Shown piece after piece: positions 50,083-59,248 of a stretch of 64,000 nt of DNA. The notes beneath the pieces were generated by a model. It worked only from the letters and a program-made list of their open reading frames with translations. It was not told the origin of the DNA and did not search any database. Location of the stretch: NCBI GenBank assembly GCA_964642155.1, contig CAZXNT010000001.1, forward strand, positions 65,238 through 129,237, written 5' to 3'. This stretch comes from an uncultured Candidatus Saccharibacteria bacterium. Its GTDB lineage: Bacteria; Patescibacteriota; Minisyncoccia; UBA6257; UBA9933. The translations under genes and the position numbers were made by a program. How positions within the stretch are numbered: the stretch's first letter is position 1; each line of letters begins with the position of its first letter.

Positions 50083-50223
50083 CCCTCACCCTTCAAAGAT
50101 TTTTTATGAATTTTATTTATTAAAATTCATAAAATTATGATAATTGAAGATTAATTTTAATTTATTTATTATTTATTCCCTGCGCCATAAAATGATATTT
50201 ATTATCTTTAAAGGGTGAGGGAT
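50081..50223 (-). mobile_element. MITE-like 143-bp TIR element ending on the rpsO start codon (copy 2)
   Basis: TIRs 50081-50100 / 50204-50223 (1 mismatch). Confidence 0.85.
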
Positions 50224-50314
50224 AATTTATAAAATTTAACACAGGTTAAAATAAAAAACAAGGGCAGTAAAAAAGTTTTGTTTGCAAAGAAGAAGAGGGC
50301 GCGAAAGGGACTCC

Positions 50315-50710
50315 CTATAAGATTTTTGAATACTCTTGATAATTTTTTCTTACCACCGCTTTCCAACTTGCGGTTTCGTTTTCACCCCCTAAATCATTTT
50401 TACTATATACCAATAAAACACGGACGGTTGAAGTGTGTTTATGAACAGCGATAATGCACCTATTGCCGGAAGCGTGTCTAGACTCTTGAGTTCCATGCAC
50501 ACGGAACTCTGTTTTGCAAACCCTTACATCCCCAGCTTCAGTAATGGTTTCTGCTATGTTTGTTTGCCCGATCAATGTATCAATGCGCTTAAACTCCTCG
50601 TGCATAGCAGTCCAAGTTACATCCCATGCCCCTTTATGCTTCTTTTTAAATTTAGAGATAAAGTGTCGTTCCGCGTATCGTTCTATAATAACCGTATAAT
50701 TAGTAAACAT
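50315..50710 (-). CDS. Putative RelE/HigB-like toxin
   Basis: Overlaps the upstream antitoxin gene; K.EF......SG.R.I...VLLVYSK.D pattern. Confidence 0.55.
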   Translation of the reverse strand: MFTNYTVIIERYAERHFISKFKKKHKGAWDVTWTAMHEEFKRIDTLIGQTNIAETITEAGDVRVCKTEFRVHGTQESRHASGNRCIIAVHKHTSTVRVLLVYSKNDLGGENETASWKAVVRKNYQEYSKIL

Positions 50711-51377
50711 AATCGGGGTCCTGTTGAGTTATCAATTCATACGGAATCATTTCATCTGGAGCGCAGAGTTTGTAGGGTAACTGTTCGTGAGTAAAATCAA
50801 TAATTTCTTGAGTTCTTTTATTTTTCCACTTTGTGGATATTTTTTTCATTAAATTAACTTCTTCGGTTTTAAGAAAATCAAGTTTTTGGTGTTGCGCGCC
50901 CGCGCCAATAAGAATGGCGCCACCCTTATAATCAACAGTTATTTTCCCTTCCTCCTCAAGCTCTGCAAGCGCTCTGAAATACGAATCGGGCACAGGACCA
51001 TACGTTCGGCGCAAATATTGCATCCCGCTCATACTCTCAAGATTCGTGTAATACCACGCGAAATCAGCCAAATAGAGAAGCTTGGCTAATTTAGTTTTTG
51101 GAACTTTTCCGTCAGTAGAAATTGAAGATTTAAGAAAAGCAATAATCATTTGCTTATATTTTTCATACTTTGGCAAAGTGGCTTTTGCAAATTCTTCGAT
51201 AGAAATGCCGAACAGATTTTTTAACTTCTGCGCTTCATCTAGGGTGAGACCCCTGTTCCCGCGCTCAATGGCTACATATGAAGGACGGGAAAGCCCCAAT
51301 TTATCCGCGACAAAAGACTGCGAAAAATCCCGCTCTGTTCGAAGAGCTTTTATAAATTGCGCATATTTATTAATCAT
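50700..51377 (-). CDS. XRE-HTH plus Panacea (DUF4065) domain antitoxin
   Basis: SQ..VA..LG.SR..Y..IE.G HTH; KL.KLLYLADF, YGPVP and I..FTH motifs. Confidence 0.85.
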   Translation of the reverse strand: MINKYAQFIKALRTERDFSQSFVADKLGLSRPSYVAIERGNRGLTLDEAQKLKNLFGISIEEFAKATLPKYEKYKQMIIAFLKSSISTDGKVPKTKLAKLLYLADFAWYYTNLESMSGMQYLRRTYGPVPDSYFRALAELEEEGKITVDYKGGAILIGAGAQHQKLDFLKTEEVNLMKKISTKWKNKRTQEIIDFTHEQLPYKLCAPDEMIPYELITQQDPDYVY

Positions 51378-51481
51378 ACTAGAAGTATATTTATGTATGT
51401 AAAAAAGTCAAGCATTAAGTGTTGATAAATTTTACATTTAAAAATTAAGGTTGTAAGATAACGGCGACGATCATCCTTTGG

Positions 51482-52350
51482 TCATGGACGCCCTAGTGGA
51501 AATGCCCGAGGCGCAAATGCCCTTATGTTTGCCCCTCCTACCCCTTTTGCGCGCACAGAGAAACGCTCCCGTCCTTTCAAACTATACTTAAAAACATCGT
51601 TCACTTCTCGAATATTTTTATTTGCTTCTTTTACATATATAGGTTGAACTTCTGTTCCTAAATAATTTCTTCTATGTAATAAAGCAGCTACGGCAGTGGA
51701 ACCCGAACCCATAAATGGGTCCAAAATAGTATCTCCTTCTTTGCTGAAAAGTCGCATGAACCACGAAGGTAATTCAATTGGAAAAACAGCGCTATGATTT
51801 TTTCTCGAAGAGGATTCGACAGCTGATTCAAATATATTACTCAAATACAATCTATGTTCTTCTTCAAAAACTATTACATTATGCGGGAAAACCTTTTTCT
51901 TATTAAGCCAATTTGAAACATTGCGACCTAAATGAGAATTGTTTTTAGAAATGTGTCTGACAAAATCATTTTCGCTCATTGATTTAAAACGCTTCTCTGC
52001 CCAGCTCCCAATTGGAACCTTAACCGCATCTTGATACATTTTGAAATCTTTTTGCTTTGTGAATTGTAAACAACATTCCCATGAATCACGAAACCGATTG
52101 GGCCATTTTCCAGGGAATGAATTTTTCTTATACCAACAATACTCTTCGATCCAAAACCATCCTTGCTTTTTCAATTCCAAAATTAACTCCAGAACATAAG
52201 TTTCTCGCTCACCATTTTTGGGATGTTCTTTTATATTGAGAATAAATAAACCATCGTCTTTTAGTACTCTGTAAAGTTCTTTTGTGATCGGCAAAAACCA
52301 CTGAACATATTTATCTGGATGAGTACCACCATACGATTTTTTTCTTTTTT
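51482..52350 (-). pseudogene. Beta-class N4/N6 DNA methyltransferase, 5'-truncated
   Basis: Homology begins KRKKSYGGTHPDKY.W; RVLKDDG, H.AVFP and LDPFMGSG present; SPPY motif and start codon missing. Confidence 0.8.
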
Positions 52351-52371
52351 CCCGACGGGGTTTGTATTTTG

Positions 52372-53007
52372 TTATTCTTTATCAGTAAAAACTATGAGTC
52401 GATCAGAACGAGTTTTCTCGGCCTTATTCCAAACTCCCGCGCAAGTAATAAGGTTAAGGTGCGCTTTTCCGTCACTTGAACCAAATACATCCGAGGCATC
52501 CGCGTTCTTGTCATATCTCCGAATTTCGCGCACAACAAAAGTAACAATCGCCCCTTTTTCATTTTCAATATACATTTTATCACCTTTGCGTATTTTATGT
52601 AAATTATCAAATACTGCCGGTATATCATTTTTCCAGCCATAGTGCCCGGCAATAACAGAACTTCCGTTTTCTCCGGGGCGCGGGCCGAGATTAAACCACG
52701 CTACCCCAATAGGACCTTTAGGCACGTCCATTGCTCCGTCGGATGTAAGACCTACATACTCGACGGAGGCATCAACCTTTATACTTGGAATTTTGAGATG
52801 CACCGGAAGTCCCATACCCCCTTGTTGCTGGGTCAGTATTTGGGATAATTGCTGCTGAAGCTGGACTATCTGTTGTTGAATCTGGGTAATTAATGTTTGA
52901 AGTTGGCTGTCAGTCATTCGCTGAGCCTTTACGACAAGGTTCGGCGATAATAAAAAAAACACTACTATAAATAATAAGATTGATAAACTCTTTCGGAAAA
53001 ATTTCAT
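52372..53007 (-). CDS. Class F sortase
   Basis: L.IP.I.V, W...G.RPGE.G..VIAGH, LNLITC.G and R.IVF motifs. Confidence 0.9.
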   Translation of the reverse strand: MKFFRKSLSILLFIVVFFLLSPNLVVKAQRMTDSQLQTLITQIQQQIVQLQQQLSQILTQQQGGMGLPVHLKIPSIKVDASVEYVGLTSDGAMDVPKGPIGVAWFNLGPRPGENGSSVIAGHYGWKNDIPAVFDNLHKIRKGDKMYIENEKGAIVTFVVREIRRYDKNADASDVFGSSDGKAHLNLITCAGVWNKAEKTRSDRLIVFTDKE

Positions 53008-53113
53008 ATTTTTATAGTTTAATTACTTTATTTATTATACTACAACCAAAAACTACTCATAAAAGGTGGCTATAGAAAATACGCAGGCAAAAGAAGAAAA
53101 AGATAACTAATAC

Positions 53114-54355
53114 CTACTTAACACTAGGAGGAAAACCTGTATTTGGCAGTTTTATCATTGCTGAGAGTTGAGCTTGAAGTAATTGTACTAATTGCTGCAT
53201 CAGAGGAATGAGCTGTTGTTTAATCTGGTTAATCTGGGCTAAAATCTGCTGGTTTGATACAGGTGTCGGTGTCGGTGTCGGAGCTACTGTTAGTACAACC
53301 ACAGGAGTTGAGGTTGGTGTTGGTGTTGGGGTAGGGGTAGGGGTAGGTGTTGGTGTTGGTTGGGTAACATTAACCACCACACTGTTCGACGCACCAGCAC
53401 AATTTATTGAATACGTTGTATTTGATGTCGGTGAAACGCTAACACTTCCTGAAATAGCATTTCCTGTTGAGAAGTTGGTACCAGAACAACTTGCCGCATT
53501 TGAGCTTGACCACGATAGGGTTGACGAATTACCACTTATGATTGAGGTTGGATTTGCTGAAATTGTTGCTGTTGGGGTTGGTGGTGGAGTAACGGCAACA
53601 ATTGGCTTGGTAACAGTGTTTGCATCTAACGTAGCTGCGGTCTGTGCGAGTGCCCTGCCGTTTAGCGTTGCACCGGTGTTCAGCACAATTGCTGTTTGAT
53701 CCAATATATTTCCATTAAAGACAGCTGTCGTTCCAAGTGTCGTTTGGCCAGCAACCTGCCAGAAGATGTTAGCGGCCTGCGCACCGCCACTCAGGACAAC
53801 CTGCACAGCGGAACTCACAGTGAGATTTTGCGCTATCTGAAATATCCAAACATCATTGGCACCGCCCGAGAGAGTGACATTCGTTGGTATTGTCACGCCG
53901 GTACTCCATTTATAAAGTCCCGGAGCTAATGTCATTCCGCCAATATTTCCCGCACCCAATTCAGTCGCAGTCGGATTTGTTCTCCCCGCGGCATCAGTGT
54001 ACGCGGTTTCCATGTCACTTACCGCTGTAGTCATTGTAGCTGGAGTAGGAGCCGTATAGTCGGCTGCATATACTTTTCCGGTTACTATGGCTGATGTCGA
54101 AAATGTATTCGAAGCGTCCAGTATTAATCCGAATCCAGTTATGGCAGTCGCGGCGATTGGGCTCACTCCAATATCTCCAGTAATTGAGGTATTTCCGGTG
54201 GTTGAGATCCCCGACTTCGTTAGAATCACGAAATTGCCTGCTGATCCGAGATTTACTGTCGCTGGACCTGCAGCAAGCACAGCCATTGGCCCGGTGAGAC
54301 CAAACATAAATGCAAGACCTAATACAACCACTAAACCCTTGTTAAATTTTTTCAT
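53114..54355 (-). CDS. Ice-binding (DUF3494) surface protein with PT linker and C-terminal LPNTG
   Basis: LG.A..F.IL...GI, L.PG.Y, WIFQI, A.NIFWQVAG and G..L.GRALAQTA.TL motifs; LPNTG. Confidence 0.9.
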   Translation of the reverse strand: MKKFNKGLVVVLGLAFMFGLTGPMAVLAAGPATVNLGSAGNFVILTKSGISTTGNTSITGDIGVSPIAATAITGFGLILDASNTFSTSAIVTGKVYAADYTAPTPATMTTAVSDMETAYTDAAGRTNPTATELGAGNIGGMTLAPGLYKWSTGVTIPTNVTLSGGANDVWIFQIAQNLTVSSAVQVVLSGGAQAANIFWQVAGQTTLGTTAVFNGNILDQTAIVLNTGATLNGRALAQTAATLDANTVTKPIVAVTPPPTPTATISANPTSIISGNSSTLSWSSSNAASCSGTNFSTGNAISGSVSVSPTSNTTYSINCAGASNSVVVNVTQPTPTPTPTPTPTPTPTSTPVVVLTVAPTPTPTPVSNQQILAQINQIKQQLIPLMQQLVQLLQAQLSAMIKLPNTGFPPSVK

Positions 54356-54465
54356 ATATTTTATTTATTTATTATTTTGTTAATGACTTTTATTGGTGGC
54401 AAGTATGGTCGACTACATACATGTTCCAATAATCGATTATTTTTTACGACCTTTATTATAGTTTA

Positions 54466-54476
54466 CCCCCCCCCCC
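54466..54476. repeat. C11 homopolymer upstream of the ice-binding gene
   Basis: Seen directly; 5 nt upstream of a TATAAT on the minus strand. Confidence 0.9.
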
Positions 54477-54815
54477 GATAATTTTGCAATGTGTATTAAG
54501 TCCACCCCTTTCATATCTCAGTGTTAGCCGCCGAAAATCCAAAAACAAAATCAGTCTCGGTTTTGCCAAATCCCTTCTCCCAGAAAATAGTTTTGGCAAA
54601 ACCGAGTCCGCATTAGTTCCGCCACACTGCCCAAATACTTGGAGAGCAGAACCTCGAAAAAAAATGTCTTTTCTTTTTTAAAAGAAATTGGTCGCGCGCA
54701 AATCCGAAAATGCGAACAAAACTTTTCTGTGGTGTGGCGAGCGTTAGCGAGCGGCGGCGGGGCGGGTCAGTTGTTCCGCTCAAAATGGGTTCGTGCATTT
54801 TCAAACAAAGGGCAG

Positions 54816-54887
54816 TGTCCTCGACAGGAATCGAACCTGTACCGCCTCCTTCGGAGGGAGGCATTGTATCCATTCAACTACGAGGAC
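54816..54887 (-). tRNA. tRNA-Arg(CCG)
   Basis: GTCCTCG/CGAGGAC acceptor stem, CCTCC-CTCCGAA-GGAGG anticodon arm, GGTTCGATTCC. Confidence 0.95.
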
Positions 54888-54923
54888 TTAGCAATCTAAT
54901 TCTGAATTTATAATTCTAAATTA

Positions 54924-55439
54924 TTAATTAAAGCGAAGCTTTATATACGCCACGTCGCTGGGCTGAGGAGAATAAGAAATTTTCATATCAATCCGCCATT
55001 TGACAGATTTAAAAGTGTCTTTGATTTTTTTGGCAATTTTTACGGCAAGTTGGTTTTCGGTAACGGTTATCGTCATTTCGCTTTTATTTTTTTTAACGGC
55101 AATCAGCCTGTCCATCGGGTCGCGTTCATAAGCCCGCCGGCCGAATGTCATTATTAAATGTTCAATTTCGCTGAAAATTTCAGAAGGAATGTTTTTAATA
55201 ATAATCTCTCCCTCAAACTGTCTGTTTTTAATCATCTTGCAAGCCGGACATAAAGAAAATTTAATGGGCAAATTTTCGCGGAGATTTTTATAATTTCGCA
55301 AATTGTGATGCCAAGATTTTTTATAATAAACCGCGTTGCAATCTTTGCAAAAAACCAAACCCAGTTTCCCTTTTGGTAATTCACGCTCTTCTGTTCGCGG
55401 CAAAATTATTTTATTGTCATATTGTTTGCGCCTTTCCAT
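54924..55439 (-). CDS. BCAM0308/NMD3-like zinc-binding protein
   Basis: C..C.AVY..K.W, CPAC..I....G and DP..R...T...QLA..I motifs. Confidence 0.7.
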   Translation of the reverse strand: MERRKQYDNKIILPRTEERELPKGKLGLVFCKDCNAVYYKKSWHHNLRNYKNLRENLPIKFSLCPACKMIKNRQFEGEIIIKNIPSEIFSEIEHLIMTFGRRAYERDPMDRLIAVKKNKSEMTITVTENQLAVKIAKKIKDTFKSVKWRIDMKISYSPQPSDVAYIKLRFN

Positions 55440-55584
55440 CCCTCACCCTTCAAAGATCTATTTTTAATTTTAATATAATTAAAATTAAAAATAAAATTCT
55501 TTAAATTATTATTTTATTAAAATTTTATTTTTTACTCTTTAATCCTTTATCCTTCAATTTTCCAATCTCTGAAGGGTGAGGGAT
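55438..55584 (-). mobile_element. MITE-like 147-bp TIR element spanning a stop-to-start junction (copy 3)
   Basis: TIRs 55438-55457 / 55565-55584 (1 mismatch). Confidence 0.85.
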
Positions 55585-56729
55585 TAATAAATTAATTTAT
55601 ATCCTATTCCGGCCGCGAAAACAAGCAGAAGAAAAGCGATAATTATCGGATGGATTTTGTTAATAATTTTTTCCTGCCCGAGCAAGTCCGCGCCCCGAGA
55701 CGCCTTAAGCCACATTAAGATTATAAAAATTCCTTCCAGCCCGATAATAATCGCGCCAACGAATTCCACTAGCTGTAAAAAATTCTGGGAACCGACAATA
55801 TAAAACAAAATCGGGATTGCGACAACAATCAAACCCGAGAAAACCAAGGGCATATTAAAATCGTGTTCCAGACTTTTTTTAATGTCGCGGCCGATGATAA
55901 TATACGTGCTCCAAAGAGAGATTATGCCCAAGGCTCCTAAAATCCAAAGAATTATTGATGGCAGATTTTTAACCAATCCGGAAACCGCGTCCTGCGAAAC
56001 GCCGTTTGAAAGACCTAAAATCCCGAAAATAAAAACCGCGTAAATAAAAACCGGCGCGATACTGCCGATAATAATAGGCCACTTGCTCTTTATCGGCGAC
56101 TGACCGTTATTGCGAAAATAGCCAAGTAAGGTCGGTATCGCCGACCGACCGTACATTGAAAATAAAACCGCGCCAAACGGCAAAAAAATATTGCCGAAAT
56201 TAAACAAGGAAACAGTTTTTATTTTTTCCAATCCGCCGGAAAATCCGAATCCGAATATTATAAAAATCATCGCGGCTATCGCCAGAAAAATAAAAAAATC
56301 GGAAACCGCCAATTCATTGATTTTTAAAAAAATTGCCAATGAGCCAAAAAGCCAAAAAATAAAAATAACATAGATATCCGGAGCGGCCGGCAAAATCAAT
56401 TTTATAAAACTTACCGACAAAACAAGATAAATCGTCAAAACCAAAAGCGCGCCGAAAATTGTCATAAAAATACTTGACCAATGTCCGAGCCGTCCCAAAT
56501 AAATTTTGGCGTAACCGGAAAAACGCCTATTTTCCGAAGTACGAACGATAATATCGGCGTACATTAAATGAATCAAAGCGAATACGGCGCCAAAAATAAA
56601 TAAATAAAATAAGCTTATGGCAACGCCGGCTTTATTAAATAAATAGGGTAGAGCGAACATTCCGGCGCCGATAATAGTGGTCGCCAAAAGCGAAGCTGGA
56701 AAAACCAACTGGCTAAATATTCTCCTCAT
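55584..56729 (-). CDS. Aromatic amino acid (HAAAP-like) transporter
   Basis: T.IGAG.F.LPY....G motif; about 11 TMs; start MRRIFSQ. Confidence 0.8.
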   Translation of the reverse strand: MRRIFSQLVFPASLLATTIIGAGMFALPYLFNKAGVAISLFYLFIFGAVFALIHLMYADIIVRTSENRRFSGYAKIYLGRLGHWSSIFMTIFGALLVLTIYLVLSVSFIKLILPAAPDIYVIFIFWLFGSLAIFLKINELAVSDFFIFLAIAAMIFIIFGFGFSGGLEKIKTVSLFNFGNIFLPFGAVLFSMYGRSAIPTLLGYFRNNGQSPIKSKWPIIIGSIAPVFIYAVFIFGILGLSNGVSQDAVSGLVKNLPSIILWILGALGIISLWSTYIIIGRDIKKSLEHDFNMPLVFSGLIVVAIPILFYIVGSQNFLQLVEFVGAIIIGLEGIFIILMWLKASRGADLLGQEKIINKIHPIIIAFLLLVFAAGIGYKLIY

Positions 56730-57177
56730 TTTGTTTACCGATAATCTTGTCCAAAACTTTTTTTTCAAAAATCCAGAAAATTGTAAAAATCATAAGCGTT
56801 ATAATTACGGTAAAAACGGCTATCGCATAAAATCCAAAACCCGTTGCCATTCCAACCGCCGCGGCAACCAATAAACCGGCGGCTGTTGTAACTCCGCTGG
56901 GATGAGAGCCGTGAAAAATAATAAGTCCCGCGCCGATAAAACCGATTCCGCCGATAATGCTGGGAGGTATTACAGCAACGTTAAAATTGGGGAAAATTTT
57001 ATCAAGAGAAATTGAAATAACCACCAGAAGACACGAGCTTAAGCTGATTAAAGAAAAAGTTCTCAATCCGGCTGTTTTATGCGCTATTTGCCTTTCAATG
57101 CCGATTAAACCGCCGAAAATAACCGCTAAAACAAGCCGCATAAAAATTTCCCAATTTTGAAAAAATAAAATTTCCAT
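56713..57177 (-). CDS. MgtC/SapB family membrane protein
   Basis: G..IG.ER.....AGLRT, GIGFIGAG and G.TTAA motifs. Confidence 0.92.
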   Translation of the reverse strand: MEILFFQNWEIFMRLVLAVIFGGLIGIERQIAHKTAGLRTFSLISLSSCLLVVISISLDKIFPNFNVAVIPPSIIGGIGFIGAGLIIFHGSHPSGVTTAAGLLVAAAVGMATGFGFYAIAVFTVIITLMIFTIFWIFEKKVLDKIIGKQNEENI

Positions 57178-57178
57178 C

Positions 57179-57775
57179 CTATAAAACTTTGTGGTTATTG
57201 TTTTTTTCTTTCTTGATTATCTCAATCAGTTTGTCCAAAAGCCGCTTCGGGTCGCTGTCAAAAACTATTTTCCCTTTCATTTCTTCGGCGCGATGAGATT
57301 TTTCAATCAATTCCTTAAAAAGTTCGTCAGTTTCCCACTCACCCTGCAAAATTCCTATCGGCTTTTTATCTTCAAAGGTGATTGTGAATTCATTTAATGT
57401 ACCCATTCTGCCACATCCGAAAATCACAGCATCGGAAGACCTCACCAAAAGCAAGTTTCTGCCGGAATAATTAAAACCCGTGTAAATTATCATATCGTGA
57501 TATTCTGTCGGCAATTGATAAACTTGAATATGCTCTTTCTCGGTGGCAGCCGGCGAAAGACCGATAACAATACCTCCTTCTTGCTTCGCGCCCTTAGCAG
57601 CCCAAAAAGGAAAACCTGTAGTGGCGCCGTCAATTAAAACCGCGTCGTGCCGGACAATTTCCCTCCCTAATTCTTCGGCCAAATTAAAAGCATCCACTCC
57701 GCAATGGTTTGTTTCCGCGGCTCCGGAAACGCAAATTTTATATTTATGGTCAGTATGACAGATATTTTTATTCAT
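57179..57775 (-). CDS. SLOG/LOG family nucleotide-binding protein
   Basis: A.ELG.EI, AAKGA...GG.VIG, RN...V.SSD and G..GTL.E motifs; start MNKNIC. Confidence 0.8.
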   Translation of the reverse strand: MNKNICHTDHKYKICVSGAAETNHCGVDAFNLAEELGREIVRHDAVLIDGATTGFPFWAAKGAKQEGGIVIGLSPAATEKEHIQVYQLPTEYHDMIIYTGFNYSGRNLLLVRSSDAVIFGCGRMGTLNEFTITFEDKKPIGILQGEWETDELFKELIEKSHRAEEMKGKIVFDSDPKRLLDKLIEIIKKEKNNNHKVL

Positions 57776-57782
57776 TAATTTA

Positions 57783-59159
57783 TTATAACTCAATACTTTC
57801 TCCTTGTGAAGGAATAACTGCGTCAATCGCCATTTCATCCCTGATTTTATCCAATAGAGGTTTTGACTGGTCTTCGTCGCCTTGCACCACAAAAACTTTT
57901 TTTAATGTCTTGCTTCGAGGCCTCAACCATTCCATTAATTTTTTCTGGTCCGCGTGCGCCGAATATCCGCTGATTGTTTTTATTCTGCAATTAACTGCTA
58001 TGTCTTCTCCGAAAATTCTCACGTTCTTTTCTCCTTCTAGAATCTGCCTGCCCAAAGAATCTTTCGCCTGATAACCGATAAATAAAATCGCGCTTTTCGG
58101 ATCGGATAAATAACGCATTTCATGATGTAAAATCCTTCCTCCCTGCGACATTCCGCTTCCGGCAATAATTACCTTGGGACCCTTCACATCATTGATTTCT
58201 TTTGATTGCTGAGTGGTTAAGGTAAATTTTAATCCCGGAAAATCAAAGATAGCATCGCCCTTTCTTATTAAGGCCAGCGATTCGGCATCAAAATAATCGG
58301 GGTTTTGGGAATATTTTTTGTAAACCTCGGTAAGTTTTATCGCCAGCGGACTGTCAATAAAAACCGGCAAACGGGGAATCCGCCCGTTTTCAACAAGTTC
58401 GTTCATTTCATACAAAAGGTCCTGCGTGCGTTCCATGGCAAAAGCCGGAATTATAAGCGTTCCGCCAACTTTCACGGTTTCTTCAATCGCATCCTCTAAA
58501 ATATCTTTTCTAATAGCCAAGTCTTCGTGTAAACGATTGCCGTAAGTTGATTCAATTAAAACATAATCAGTGTCAGCCAGTGGTTCCGTATCTTTTACCA
58601 ATGGCGTGGCGACATTGCCCAAATCTCCGGAAAAAACAACTTTTTTGCCTTTTTTGTCTTTTACTAAAATAGACGCCGAACCGAGAATATGACCGGCATC
58701 AAAAAATTCAATCTCAAACCCGTTATCCGGCGAACCAATCTGAATTTTCTGATGATATTTAACTCCCTCCCACAATTTCATCATTTCATTAACATCTTCA
58801 ATCGCATAAATCGGAGCGCGATTTCTTTTTTCTGCTTCTTTATATAAAATATTTTCCGAATCAATTAATGAATATTCGCTAAAATCTTTCGTCGGCGCGG
58901 TGGAAAAAATTTTCCCGCGGAAGCCATGTTTATAAAGTTTCGGCAAACGGCCGATATGGTCAATGTGAGCATGAGTGATAAAAACCGCGTCAATTTCTTT
59001 GGGGTCATAAGGGAACTTCTCAAAATTGAGATTTTCGCAAAAAGACGAGCCCTGAAAAAGCCCGCAGTCAATTAAAATTTTTACGCCATCTGTTTCCAAT
59101 AAATAATTGGAGCCAGTTACCACCCCCGCCCCGCCGTGAAAAGTAAGTTTCATGCTCAT
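57783..59159 (-). CDS. MBL-fold beta-CASP ribonuclease
   Basis: THAHIDHIG, AGHILGS, SGDLG, ESTYG, SGM..GGR and SAHAD motifs. Confidence 0.92.
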   Translation of the reverse strand: MSMKLTFHGGAGVVTGSNYLLETDGVKILIDCGLFQGSSFCENLNFEKFPYDPKEIDAVFITHAHIDHIGRLPKLYKHGFRGKIFSTAPTKDFSEYSLIDSENILYKEAEKRNRAPIYAIEDVNEMMKLWEGVKYHQKIQIGSPDNGFEIEFFDAGHILGSASILVKDKKGKKVVFSGDLGNVATPLVKDTEPLADTDYVLIESTYGNRLHEDLAIRKDILEDAIEETVKVGGTLIIPAFAMERTQDLLYEMNELVENGRIPRLPVFIDSPLAIKLTEVYKKYSQNPDYFDAESLALIRKGDAIFDFPGLKFTLTTQQSKEINDVKGPKVIIAGSGMSQGGRILHHEMRYLSDPKSAILFIGYQAKDSLGRQILEGEKNVRIFGEDIAVNCRIKTISGYSAHADQKKLMEWLRPRSKTLKKVFVVQGDEDQSKPLLDKIRDEMAIDAVIPSQGESIEL

Positions 59160-59248
59160 AATATTTTAAATTATAACTCAAAATCTATTTTCAGCAAAGA
59201 GCTGTGATATAATATCAATATATGTTTCTACCGATTCTTTAATCTTTT

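Noticed and set aside
53262-53362. GGTGTT/GGGGTA tandem repeats as a DNA element
   Set aside because: Explained by the Pro-Thr linker of the ice-binding protein
54484-54913. Short ORFs around tRNA-Arg(CCG)
   Set aside because: They overlap the tRNA or structured non-coding sequence and show no protein features
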